A stretch of DNA of 63,350 nucleotides, counting the filler, from Pelomyxa schiedti (Eukaryota; Protista; Evosea): the NCBI GenBank assembly GCA_020536535.1. It is 6 parts of 6 records of this genome, joined end to end, with 100 filler letters (N's around TTAATTAATTAA, not from the genome) between each part and the next. Parts side by side here need not be neighbours in the genome. Positions count along the whole stretch, not along the records: positions 20,427 to 37,347 come from JAHLWZ010001135.1; positions 37,448 to 58,529 come from JAHLWZ010001078.1; 4 more parts are not named here. One strand, written 5' to 3'. A model generated the notes under the pieces. It was not told the origin of the DNA, did not search any database, and was given only the letters and a program-made list of their open reading frames with translations. Positions within the stretch are counted from its first letter, which is position 1, and each line of letters begins with the position of its first letter. The translations under genes were made by a program, and so were the position numbers. Positions 36,631 to 53,927 of this stretch are shown here, in pieces.

Positions 36631-36828
36631 TCTTTTTGATTTTTTTGATGAGAGATTCTTTTTGATCTGCTCTATCCCTTCGATTTGCACAAGTGCTCAC
36701 CAGGAGATCACATGTGGGGTTGGTTGTTACTGTGCTGGATAATGGGGGAAACACTACTCTGGTTGCAGTTTTTGCCTCCATCATGTCCATTTTTTATGCA
36801 TTAATTATGCATTAGCTGGTGGTGTTAC

Positions 36829-37347
36829 CTAGGAGTTTTCCTCATAATTAGGGTACCACCCATACATTTGAGGAGCACTGAATACAGCAAGAACAGAACC
36901 AGTGACTGCATCCTGGAACGTGAGACTCAGGTCTGCTGTGGTTGTTTCTATTGTCATCACGCCACTCAACGGATCAGTGCTCACAGCTGTGGTGGTGCTT
37001 GGAAGGGAATACAGCGGAGTGTCGAGCGACTTGATGTGGAGTATGTTGTGTGTTCCAGTGGCAGTTCTCTCACAGATACAGTCAGGGCCTGCAGGATCAA
37101 TAGTGGATCCTTCTCGGAACGTGTGAATGTATTCACTTGTATCAGCGTTGTACAGCCTGTATGACCCTGGGGTGCGTTCCGGATGCATGATGAAGATATT
37201 TCCAGGGCAAGGAACATAGTGGAGGCACGACGATGGAATCCGAAATTTGGTGATTACAGCAAGAGTCTTGGTTTCGAAAGATGCAGTCAGATCGACAAGG
37301 CAAGCACACTGTTGAGTGTCTTCAGGATCTCGACAAGAAAACAGCAG
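36829..37347 (-). CDS. Tandem paralogue of the 35251-36630 gene, 3' part only (cut by contig end)
   Basis: Near-identical blocks (PAGPDCICE, HIKSLDTPLYSLPSTT, LTFQD.VTGSVLAV, EENS*). Confidence 0.8.
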   Translation of the reverse strand: MLFSCRDPEDTQQCACLVDLTASFETKTLAVITKFRIPSSCLHYVPCPGNIFIMHPERTPGSYRLYNADTSEYIHTFREGSTIDPAGPDCICERTATGTHNILHIKSLDTPLYSLPSTTTAVSTDPLSGVMTIETTTADLSLTFQDAVTGSVLAVFSAPQMYGWYPNYEENS

Positions 37348-38047
37348 NNNNNNNNNNNNNNNNNNNNNNNNNNNNNNNNNNNNNNNNNNNNTTAATTAAT
37401 TAANNNNNNNNNNNNNNNNNNNNNNNNNNNNNNNNNNNNNNNNNNNNGAACCCTCATTTTGTTATTTCGTCGCTCCTAACCATTACTCACAAGCTACTCG
37501 TTTGCGCTTATTCTCTGGGAACTATTCACGGAAGAATGGCTGTGGTACCCACCTAAGCCCAAAGATCCAACAAAGTGCAGAGGGTGGATGCTGTCTCAAG
37601 AGGAACTGATTCTCAAGATTACATGTGAAGACCACAGACCGTAGATTCCAGACATTGTTCCACACAAGAGGGATCCAACTCATGCCGACCAAGAGACACC
37701 GCCTGAATTGGTAAACCCTCATCCTTCTTTCACAGCTACAAACACTCTTTACTCAAACGTGATTCTCAGAAAGCCCTCTCAGATTGCTGGGCTCCTGATC
37801 CAGCCAAGGTTTGTTGCCAACAGCGTATCAACATTCTCACCAACCAAAACAGAGGCCGTGCATTGTTCAAGTCATACAGCGACTACAGTCTATCATTTCT
37901 ACCTTGCACTGAATACTTTGGACAAACAAACTGCCTTGTGGGTCTTTGTAACAATTGATTGGATTTTTTCTTTTGCCCGTTATTTTCTTGCCGACATCAA
38001 CAATCAATAAAAGCATCGAGTCGAACCGACAAAGTTTTTTCGTCGTG

Positions 38048-40160
38048 ATGGCCACCGAGTTAAGGACACAGAGGTGCCGCGATTTGTTGGAGAAGTTGCC
38101 GGAGCCAAAGACCTTGTGGAAGTGGATGCTGTGGTGCACTGAGATTCCTCGTCCTTCAGGGAGTACTCAACTGGTATGTTGCACAGTGGTTTGCTCTCCT
38201 CACGCATTCCTTACTGGTGGCAGCTTCGCGATGAACTTAAAAAGGTGGCTGCTGAATGGCACCTGGAGTACAGCGTCGATGCTGTAAACAACATCAAAAT
38301 TGTGAAGAAAGCTACTGAGGGTTACGAGGACGCACCTACTGTGTGCCTTCAGGCTCACCAGGATATCGTTTTTGCCTGGGACAAATCCATTCGTCCTGAG
38401 TATAACCCCGAGGTATGGTGGTGCCCAATGTATTCCTGGAATCATAAACATTCATACCAAGACTGACCCAGTGTGGCCTGCCCTCAAAAATGGCTGGTTA
38501 GTTGCTGAGGGCACCAGCTTGGGTGCTGATGACGGGATTGGTATGTCCTCCGACATTGTTTCTCGTGTTTTTTTGAATCACGCTCTTCAGGTATTGCCAC
38601 AGCGATGACTATCCTTCAGAGCAATACTATTCCTCATCCTAAAATCGAGTTCTTGTGCACTGATGATGAGGAAGTTGGCACTACTGGTGCTCAGGGCCTT
38701 GATCCTTCCTTCTTGTGCCCCAAAACAAAAGTGCGTATACACATTACATTGCATATGGCCAACTGTTTTCTTTCTACTCCTGTAGTACTTTATCAACTTG
38801 GATTCGGAGGATAAGAATGCCCTGTGCCTTGGATGTGCTGGAGGCGGGGATGTAGTGATAGAAATGCCTATTACCAGGGAGGCAATACACGGAGCCGTTC
38901 CAGTTTTGGTGAGGATCTCTGGCCTAAAAGGAGCACACTCATCAGATATCCAGCTCTACAGGGCCAATGCTTTCAAGGTATGTTCCCTCTTCCAAATTAC
39001 TTGACTGATCAAAGAAGCTCGTTACAAGGATGCTTCTAGTTGCGTGGGGAACAGGATTTGTTTTCTCCAACTTGACTGGTGGTTCTGCCTTCAATGCAAT
39101 TCCTACTGATGCAGCAGCCACCGTGCTTGTACCAGCTTCTAGACTCACGGACTTTAAGAACCTCATCCAAGATGAGGCAAAGATCATTGAGGTACAGCAT
39201 ACTACTTGGTTGATGCATAGCCCTTGGTTTTCTAATTTCTTACTATCCAGACTGAGTACAAGGTGGAAGAACCCGCAGGCATACACCTAGAAATCAATGA
39301 GCTTACAGAGCCAGTGCCCATGCCAGTCAGCAGGCAGAGTACACGAGACATCCTCAATCTGTGGAAGCTTGTACCTTGCAACCCATTTAGGATGTGTCCA
39401 GATATGCCAGACACTGTGGAGAGTTCCATGGCAACCACATTGGTTACTGAATTTTCCCCAGTGAGTCAGTTGATGCTATTCTTTTTTTACTCTCTTCTGA
39501 ACACTTGGGTTGACTCCACCAAAGGCAAAATTTACCGTGCGAGGTCTTGCGCGAACCTGCCGCAGTTCTCAGTGGACTGAAATAGAACAAGTAAGAATCG
39601 ATCTTTATATACATATACCTCTTGATTTCAAAAAGCCCTTCAGTATACAGCACTCCTAAACAACTTCTCCAGTTGTGTCAGGCGATTGCAGACTTTTCCA
39701 GAAGCACATTGACGATATCCGGCAAGTTTCCTGAATGGCTTCCCAAGCGTGATGCGCCATTGGCTAGACTTGCTGAATCTTCACACCAGGATTTGTTCAC
39801 AAAGCCATGTCGAGTGTACGCCACCCACGGTGGCCTGGAATGCGGTGTGCCTAACCCTGTTTTATTATTTACTTTTAAGATCTCGTTAACTCGTTGTTGT
39901 CAAGGCATTATGCTTCAGAAATTGCCGCATTGTCAAGCGATATCGATTGGGCCGCAGGTAATTACCGCCAAAAGTCTTTTAACCACAACTGATCAGTAAT
40001 TAAGGTCACTGACCCACACACGATACACGAGGCCTGTGAGGTCGCGTCTGGTGATGAACTTCTCCAATGGGCTGCAGCCATTCTGAAGGCAATAGACCAC
40101 GAACTACAACCTCCTGCTGTGGAAGGAACCCCCATCACCTGCACCACTAGTTCCTCATGA
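38048..40160 (+). CDS. pepD: Aminoacyl-histidine dipeptidase (peptidase M20C, PepD-like), multi-exon
   Basis: IPRPSG, LQAHQDIV, GTSLGADDGIG, DEEVGTTGA, NLDSED, GCAGG, FNAIP, HGGLECG, ISIGP, PHT.HE. Confidence 0.92.
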
Positions 40161-40564
40161 CACCCCCAACAGTACTAGACAAACATCTATGTTTCACAAT
40201 CTTTTATTGAATTGCGGATAGTATGACGCGTATTTTGACGTTGAGGACTGTGGTATGGTCCGTTATGGGACGAATGATGAATTCGCACTGATTGGAAATT
40301 TCCCTACTTACTGCATTGCAGTTCAATACATACAACACTGGTGTTTGAACCCGGTTGACGAAGCTCGAAGCTTACCTCTTCGATTTCATCTCAGATTCTT
40401 CCAACTGCCCTTGAACTTCACAACCCAAGCGAACGATCGTGATCTCGTTGACCAAATGAAACTTCCGAAAATGGCTCCTTCCTGAGTTTTCGGTCCCTCA
40501 TTCGGAAGAAGAAGAAACTGCCTAAAAACAAAAAAACAAGCGCAACAACCACTACTACCAAGGA

Positions 40565-42140
40565 ATGGCCCGCCTTCCTCTCGTCGCCGCCCTCGCTCTC
40601 CTCCTCGTCGTCGTGCTTTTCGCTCGCGAGGCTGAATCCGTGAGCCCAGTTTTGCTCGTCCCGGGAGCTACCGGCAGCGCTCTGTGGTCGACACCCACGG
40701 GCAAAAACAAATGGGACAGATTATGGGCCTCCCTCACTCACCTGATTAACATTGACCAGGTTTGTTTTTTTTTTTTTCCCCTGTGTCCTCTTGACACGAA
40801 ATAGTTCTTCTATGATATCTCATTGGAATATAACCCGGACACTAACACTTGGACCAATATCACCGGGTTGGAGGTTGCAACTCAATATTTTGGTGCAACT
40901 GAGGCTGTCGACTATCTGGACAAGTGCGGGAAAAAACCACTAAATCTACATCAAATCACATATCACTGCAGCATGTTACATACAATTCTAACCTATCTGG
41001 CAGAGTTGATGACAAAGGTGTACCAGGCACAGACTACCTCGAGGCCATGATTCAGTTTTTGGAAGATACTGGTAACTACACCAGGGATATCAACATCAGG
41101 GCAATTCCTTACGATTGGAGAATGAGCACAAGTGCTGACCAGATGGACTACTGGTGGTCTCAGGTGTGCCAGTTGCTATTCTTTCTTTCGTACACTGCTA
41201 ATGTGAAAAGGTCAAAGTGCTCATTGAAGACATGTACAACGATGCCGGACAGGAAAAGGTTGTAATTGTTTCACACTGCTATGGGGCTACCACAATGTCA
41301 TATTGGTTGCCAAGGCAATCACAGGCCTGGAAAGACACATACATCAAGGCACACTTTGTTATTGCTGGTACAGTTCGCATTCAACTTGGCTTGGCGCATC
41401 TAACCAAACTATAGCACCTTTCACTGGTGCTGGTATTGCGCTCGAGGCAGCTGTTTCGGGTTCAGATGATGGGTAAATTCGGAACCTAGTTTGTATAATA
41501 TATATTGACAACATTCTTAGATACGAATGGTTTGGCTGGACCCCTATTCCAGTTGAGGATGTTAAGGAGGCTGCCCGCACATGGGGCTGCATCCCTGCAC
41601 TACTCCCAACCCTCGAGTGGGGAAACATGATTCTAGTGTCAACCAATACACGAAATTACACCGCCAAGGATCTTCCCCAATTGCTGCTGGACTGTGGAGC
41701 AACAAACACCTCCGTCATGTACCCTTACTACAAGGACGACTTTGGGTCATTCGCCGCACCAGGTTTCATTTTCACTTGGTGTTTGCCAAATACACTCACA
41801 ATCAACAAGGAGTCTGGGTCTACTGCAACGTAGGCATTGGCAGCCCCACAATGGTTGGTCTCAACTACCCCGATGGTGATTTCACCAAAAGTGCCGAGAG
41901 ATGGTACGCCGACGGTGATGGAACCGTTGCACTTTCCAGTGGTAATTATTGCAAAAAGTATGGCTTCTCCATGTTCGAAATAACGTGTCTCTAACTACAC
42001 TTTAAAGGTGGAAAACTGATGCTAATACACCATTTTCCTACTCTGAGTGGCCTGGCGTGGGCCACATTGGCCTCGTAAAATACGAGCCTCTTCTCAAGGA
42101 GTTGCTGAATGTTTTAACGGCAACAGCCCCGCCTTCCTAA
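40565..42140 (+). CDS. LCAT / lysosomal phospholipase A2 (group XV) family protein with signal peptide
   Basis: Signal peptide, PVLLVPGATGSAL, PYDWR, KVVIVSHCYG, DGDGTV and terminal GHIGL. Confidence 0.9.
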
Positions 42141-42225
42141 ATTACCCCAACATGTAGTACTTGCAAATGAAAAAACAATTTTATCTTATTGGAAATTTGT
42201 TCCTTTTTTATTTACTGTTTCTCCA

Positions 42226-45125
42226 TTATGGAACACCCTTGGAAGGGGTGCTTGGTGTGGTGTACTGTTTTGCTTCCTTGAGTAAATGCTGCAGGAAATT
42301 CTGGCTTTCAGCCGGAAAATTCGTTGGGAATGAAGCGAGAACTGCTGGATCGAAAATGGGTGTGGCTTCCCCAAACAATGGAAGCGTGGGTCTTGGCGAG
42401 GTAAGCGTGGGTGGAAACTCCGTCCCGTTGTTGGTGTTACTATTGTTGCTTTCGGAATTGCTTGCTTGCGGGACGGTTTGCTGTGAATTGTTCTGTGTGA
42501 GTGGTGACGGCTGTTGGACTGGAATTATAGGAATGGGAATTGGAGTTGAAGGTGATGGTGAAGGTGCAGGTGTTGGTGTTGAAGTGGAAGTTGCAGTCGG
42601 TTGCTGCTCTGGTATTACTAGTGATGTTGGTGGGAGAGGGAAGTCTGATGGTGGGATGTGTAGTGGTAAAATGGGTTGTGTGGCCAAGAGCTGCCGTGAA
42701 AGCTGCTGTTGTTGTAAGTCCTGCTGGATCAGCAAGTTTGATAGCAGTTTCATTCCTGTCTCGAGTTGCTTAATTGTGGATGTGAGTTGTTGTACGGTGG
42801 ACTTTAATTCTTCTGCTTCGGCAACAGTGAACGTGACATTCCCTGTTGCAGGTGGTGTCGGTGGAGGGGTTGTGTCTACACTTGTATTTTTCACAGGCAC
42901 TAATGTCAAAGCGGCTGTAGAGGAGACTGTGTTGGGTGTCGGGGGTGTTGTTGATCTGGGTGTTGGACCTAGAGTTGGTGTTTTTGTTGGTAGTGTGGGC
43001 GGCTGGGTAGGCCCCATTGTGGGTGTTGTGGGTGTTGCCGGAACAGATCCAGGTGCAAGTGCCTGTTGCTGGTGGAGATGTTGATGCAAACGCGGAAGAT
43101 TTTGTAATGAAGCAAGCATTTTTAATCTTATACCTAGTGTGGGCACACCCAGGTTTTCCAAGTGCTTTTCATTCAATAGTGGTAGTGCATCCATGGTCAA
43201 GTTTTCATCAATAAAACGTTGTGTTAAAGCATCTTGCCCAAAGTAGTGCAACCACTGTGCCACATTGGCAAAGGCTTCTCCAACAGAGTTGGGATTAAAT
43301 GGGATCGGCGCCACTGCAGTAGCGGGTTTTGTCCCAAATTCTTTCTCTTCTATATCAGCAATGAGTCGTATGATATCCAGTGTAACTACATCTTTCAATT
43401 TTCGAGTCCCATCTTCGCCACCAATTACAACAAGCAACCCTGCAGTAAGTGTGGCTGTGTGGAAGCATCTACCAGGTGGAGGAGTTCCAGGGATGAGTGG
43501 ACGAGACCTGTTTGGAATAAGGAATTTATGCTGAACCAGGTGACTTGATACCAAGTATATTTTCCACCATAGGCATTTAACAAATACGAGTCGTTCATGT
43601 ACTTGGTTCCATCACTACCACCAAATACGAAAGCTCGAGTGCCACCCACAACAGTCATTGTATGACCAGCACGGGGTGTTGGTTGATTCTTATTATCAGT
43701 TCCACAATCAATCTTGAGGAAATAAGGTGAAACTCCTCCAAAGCAGAAAGAGACAACCTTACTCCAACAGAAGTGATTTGTATCAAGAACATATAAGTCA
43801 TTTAAGTGTGCCTTGCCATCATGGCCTCCGAATACCTTTATTGTTGGTTATTGTAACATGCACACTTGCGAATATGCTTTACAATGAGATTGTCATCAAT
43901 ACAAACAGCAGAGTGACCCCATCTCGGAGGAGGAGGAGTACCAGTGGTGGTTGGTCGCGACCAAGACATTTTTTTCGTATGAAATATAAACAAATCATTA
44001 AACAGTCTCCTGTTGTATCAGTGTGAGCTAGTAAAAAAGGGCAAAAGGAGGAAATACACAACGTGTCATCTCCTCCACCAAAAACAAAGAGAAGGCAATC
44101 CCCAACAAGGGTGGTTGTATGGCGGTGTCTTGGTGATGGGGAACAACCGGCAACAAAAGCTTGCTTCCATGTATGCTTAAAAAGATCAAATGTATACAGG
44201 TCATTCAAATATATTTGTCCATCTCCACCCCCTTTTTTGTTTTTGTACAAGAAAAGGTTTGTAAGAATGGAAGAAGCCATGTGAGATTGAAAAGACAGGA
44301 AACAAAACGAAAAAAAAAAAAAAAAAGAGTACCAAAGGAGAAAAGAGTAGTTTCCACGACCGTGGCCGTGTGGCTGCTCCTGGTCGCGGGGGCCTCCCCG
44401 TCGTGGGGCACCCTCGCCCACCTCATCGTGTCGGTCCGCAGGCAGTACACGTCGTTCAGCATCCTCTGCCCGCTCCAGCCCCCAAACACCCACACGGCCC
44501 CGCCGCCGCCCCCGCCGAACGACGCGGCCGCCACCGCAGCGGACCTCCCAGAGGCCACAGCCACCGCCGCTGCAGCTGCCGCGGCCGCAGCGGACCCGGA
44601 GGCGGAGGAGGAGGAGGGGGAGGAGGAGCCCCCGGAGGAAGAGGAGGGGGAGGCGGAGGCCAGGGCCAGCGACGACGAGGCGAAGAAGTCGTCCTCGGCG
44701 GCTATGGCCACTGCCGCGTGGGAGCACCGCGGGCTCGGCGACTGCCCCGACGTGCTGGGCCTCGACCACCCGCTGACCACTATGCTGCTGCTGAACCCGC
44801 CCACGGTCCCCGTGCCCGTGCCCGTGCCCCCGCCCCCGCTCCCGGGCCCTGCCCCCGTTCCCGTGCTCGGGCTTGTTGCGGCTGTACTCGTCAATGCTGC
44901 TGTGAGTGTCGATGTGGGGCTGTTGTTGGTCGTCGAGTACAGCGACGAGGACGAACTTGCTGAAAGCAACGATGATGATGACGACGACGCCACGACATTG
45001 GTGGGAGTTGTTGCTGTTGAGGACACCGAGGCCGCCGTGGACAGAATTGTGGGCCCGCCCGTTTGTTGCTGCGGTGACGTACCAGACAAGCAAGTAGTGA
45101 CACCACTACAACCGCTCGTCGTCAT
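42226..45125 (-). CDS. Kelch-repeat protein with SAM domain and Pro/Thr-rich tail
   Basis: Repeated P.PR..H...FGG units. SAM-like VAQWLHYFG...FIDENLTMDALPLLNEKHLENLGVPTLGIRLKML. Confidence 0.88.
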
Positions 45126-45273
45126 ACTTGTAAAAAGGAAAAAGGAAAAAACGTTCAAATGGTTGATTTGATGTGAGAACCGGCTTCAGTTCTTCTGTTT
45201 GTTTTGTTTTTTTTTTTTGTTTACCTAACAGGAGGGTGTTGGGGTGATACGGTGGCTGCTGTTTGGTTGCTGT

Positions 45274-49621
<4,348 letters not shown>

Positions 49622-49914
49622 TGGCCTTGGGGAGATGGGTGACCTTGTGGTTTGTTTCTTTTTTTGTGGTTTTTTTTTTTCTTGGTTGTTGTGATTATTT
49701 CCTTGGGTTGCAATTGAGATTGGGGAAAGAAGACTGGCGAGAGTCCAGGTCCGAAGGAAGCTTGATGGTGAGGGGAAATAATCGAACGACAACTTCAAGA
49801 CAAGGTTCAGATCCACAGACCAGTCACTCAATCTGCGATCTAATAAAAAAAAAAGAATCGGGGCATTGACTCGCTAGCGTTGAAAAGGCGACGTTCATTT
49901 CGAGGGCGTTGAAT

Positions 49915-52900
49915 ATGTCTGGGGACGGCACGGCATCAGAGGTGCTGTGTGATAGTCCTCCTGTTGTCGAGGCGCGCGCGACGCCAGTCGCTGTGCCAAC
50001 AAAGAGGCCACTTCCCAATTGTGGGTCGGCCTCCCGCAAGAGTGGGCTTCCTGCCGCCCACGTGGACACTTCCAGATTGGACCCCCACAGATTCAGCAAA
50101 AAACCACCCTCACAACAGCAGCAGCAGCAACAACACCAACAACAACGACAACAACAGCCACGATGTCAGGTTGAATCTGCAAGTTCAACAATTGAAAGTG
50201 GCGCAGGAACTCCCAATTCAGGAGTGAAAAACTCCAACTCAAGAGCAGCAAATTCCAAGACTGTAAATGAAGTTGTCACTTCAACGCACCCAAAAAAACC
50301 GCAGCAGTCATCAGTGTTACCTCCAAATCAAAACGCCACCCATAATTCGCAAACATCCAGCACTACAAGCACCACTCAACAGAGACCAATTCCACCAACT
50401 CCAACATCATCAAGACCAATACCACCCACACCACTAAAAACGGCAACGTTATGTATGGATATTCCTACTTTAGCACAGATACAGTTAAAGAATTCACCCC
50501 CAAAAACTGATGCATCAACACCAACTCAGGCATTGCAAAATGCCACACAAACACCTTCCCCTCAGGGTGAGAACGGTTCCATATCTGCAGAGCAGAACTC
50601 TTCCTCAGACTCCAGGAAAGAAATGGCAACCACCCCAACTGAAGCTCACCCTATTGTTAAATCATCATCTTTCACACACGTCAATTTCAAAGTGAATGGA
50701 CCCTTGTGTCACCGCCCAAGGTATCCATTTCTTGTCAGTACTAAGCACATGAAAGAGCAATTAAGGGCTTGTTGATTTCTGCAATACTAATACTCACCCT
50801 AGGCTTTCCAATGTAAATTTTGGTGATGCACGGAGCGCCTACCACAACGCCAATGTGATTAACAATCCAAAACCAAAAAACATGAGCACGAGTGCTCCCA
50901 ATCACATATCAAGCACAGACACTCCTACAGTTTCACGGCCAAGGAAGGCCTCAAACAGCAAGCAAGCTGAACAGCACCCACAGCCTCCAGTTGGCAACTC
51001 ATCTGCACAGCTTAAATCACTTGAAAGTCCAGAAGAATGTGTGAATAACCCAGTGCATGACTCACCCACAAATTGCACTAGCACCGCTTCAGAGTCAATA
51101 CCACTGGCCCCAGCTACACGTTCACATTCACGCACTTCAGGCAATTCGTCACTAGGTACCAGCAACAAGCGAGTTTCTACACGCCTTTCTACTCTACAAG
51201 TACAAGTCGTCTGCCCCCACATAAGCAGTAATTCTGTGAGCATGAACTTACCTATCAGCACCCGCCTTGGACTTTTAAGAAAGAAGTGTAGTGAAATGTT
51301 CAACCAATCGTTGCTTGACTTGGGATATGGTAGCACAGGGTTCATGATTTATATTGTTGGTATCTTTTTTATAGTTGAGAGTAAAATTGAAATGAAGAAA
51401 AGATACTGGAAGAGAAACACTTCTCCACAATGACGACATACCACTCAGTTCAGCAATTAGACAATCGAATAGATTCACGTATCGCAACCCCTCATGTTGG
51501 TTTCCTTGTTCGTTACTCCTTCCTTTCCTAAAGAATTGAAAGATATCATGCCACTCCCACAGCCAAATTCAACCGAATGCACTGAGCCTGCTCCTATCAA
51601 AGAAGCCATCACACCAGAGAAGGAAGTTCCTCTTGAAACAAAAGAAAGCGCACCTGAATGTGTGTTGCATCAACCAAGCTCGGAACTACCTTGTGTACAA
51701 CAAGAAGTTGAACCTGAGCATCCAATTTCATCCCAGGACTCCGTCAAACAACAGGACCCCCTTGAACTTCCCGATTCTTCCACACCACCGGTTTTACAGT
51801 TGCAGTCCCCGATACTCCGCAATGAATCTCCAGCCCAGTCTCAAGAAAATGAAATGTTCACACTGGAAGAACATTCGTCAACAAGTCCTCCTCCACAAAT
51901 GCCTTCAAGCCCGGAGTACCCGGATCTCATTGCGAATAACCAAGCTATAACTAGTGCAATATCTAAAATAGCTTCTGATGCAATCTTGGCAGCAGTGGCC
52001 CCATTCTCACCTGCAAGTTCGCCCCCAGTGATACCTCCAGACTTCCCCCCAATGGCATCGTTTACAACTGCTGCAGCGCAGAGCTCACAACCTACCTTGA
52101 ACAATCAAGATCATGTAATAGGTCTGCCGGTTCCCGCATTTGGGGTTATTTCAACCTCTCCTTCTTCCCCCTCCTTACGGCCTGCAACTGGAAAGGAAAA
52201 ACGAGCCCACGTTCTAAGAGGTATTTTTCTGAAAACTGTACTTACATAACTTTTTGTTGTTAATAGAACTCTTAACTACTGAACGGACCTATGTCAGAGA
52301 TCTGACAACAGTGGTCAATGTATGTCTAGGTTTTTTCCCTCCTCCATGTCTCATTTCTTCTGGAGCTCGTCTTGCATCCTCTACAGCAGAAAAAAATTCT
52401 CCAAGATGCTACACTTGATAAAATTTTCCGCAACATTGAAATGATACACGGAATTAATGAAATTTTTCTTGGGTGTGGTTTTCTGGAATTGCAGCACAAG
52501 TGTCATTTCAACTAGGGATATGGAAAAGCAAGCTGATGACTTGTCGTACCTGGCTAGAATATTCACCAAAATGGTATTGCTCTCTGTTCTTACACTTTAT
52601 TTATACCCATAGGCTGGCATGCTGAAGACGTATATCCCTTATTGCAGTGGTCATGAAGAAAGCGTCGAAGTTGTTATCGAGACTTTCAAAAGGAATAAGT
52701 CCTTTGCCTCTTTTTGGGCTGTAAGTATGCTTGAACAACTGTTGGACAAATTAAAGCACTTTGACAGGAACGGAGAAAGCTTCCTGAATGCCAGAATTTA
52801 GAATTGAATGCTATGCTCATAAAGCCAGTTCAACGCCTATGCAAATACCCTCTTCTTCTGCGGGTTATTCTTTTTTTTATACTCTTTTTGGCTGAGTCAT

Positions 52901-53635
52901 AGCCTAATCGCGTTCCATTAGGAACTTATTGCTTCAACACCAAAGGAGGATCCTGAATATAATCAACTAATAGCAGCCTCCAAAGTAGTCGATGGGGTAC
53001 TTAATGCAGTGAATGAGGGAAAACGGGCAGTGGAAAACTGCAAAAGACTTTATCAACTCCAGAATGAACTGGGACAGGTACCCTTTGAAAAAATGATTGC
53101 TGCACACTCACCCAAACTTGACATGCATAGGAATTTATCTCTCCCACCCGCAGATTTATACGTGAGTGCATTGTTACTGAGGCTGAAGGAAACTTCTGTT
53201 TTGAGGACTACCATATCATACTATTCAGTGACCTCTTTATCCGTGCAAGCAAAGTGATGACAGGCAAACCAAAGAGGAAGACAATACACGACCAAATCCC
53301 ACTTAAGCAAGCTAAGCTTATTGAACCCACAGCAGCCTGTATGTATTACACCTCCCCCCTTTTTTTTCCCCAAGTCACTAACATTCATTCAGCCAAGGCT
53401 GCCGCCGGAGGTGCCGCGTCAGTAATGGAACTTATATGGTCACATAAAGTCGATGATGGCACCAAAGTGGAAGAGAGGCACCTTTTTTGCATGCCGACTG
53501 AGGAAGATAAGGTGGCCTGGCTAACTGACTTCTCCCAAGCAATTGTATGTTACCTGCCAACGTTTTGACCCAGTTTAACACACTGTTTGCCCAAAACAAC
53601 AGACAAAATTGCGCAGTGAGAGGCACGGAATGTAA
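49915..53635 (+). CDS. RhoGEF (DH-PH) with long low-complexity N-terminus
   Basis: ELLTTERTYVRDL, LKTYIPYC, IKPVQRLCKYPLLLREL, VNEGKR, then a PH-like region ending EDKVAWL. The last exon is approximate. Confidence 0.88.
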
Positions 53636-53927
53636 TTTTTTGAAACAAAAACCATTTAAAAGAGAAAACATGCAAGAAGTAACCATTGTGTTGCTATATA
53701 ACGTTCCGTGAATGTCACCTGTACATTTCCAAATCGCTTTTTTTCAACCCGATCAATTGCCTTTTTTGTGCACGAAAAACGAATTTAGGGGCGTTCGGTG
53801 CATTTTTTTTTTCTCTGGAATGGAAACTGCGTTAAGTAGTTGTGCTGGACGGGTGACGCGGCGCAGGGCACAGGCAGTCCACACAGGCAGCAGATCTAGA
53901 TCTACCTCATTCCGCAACAACCATACC

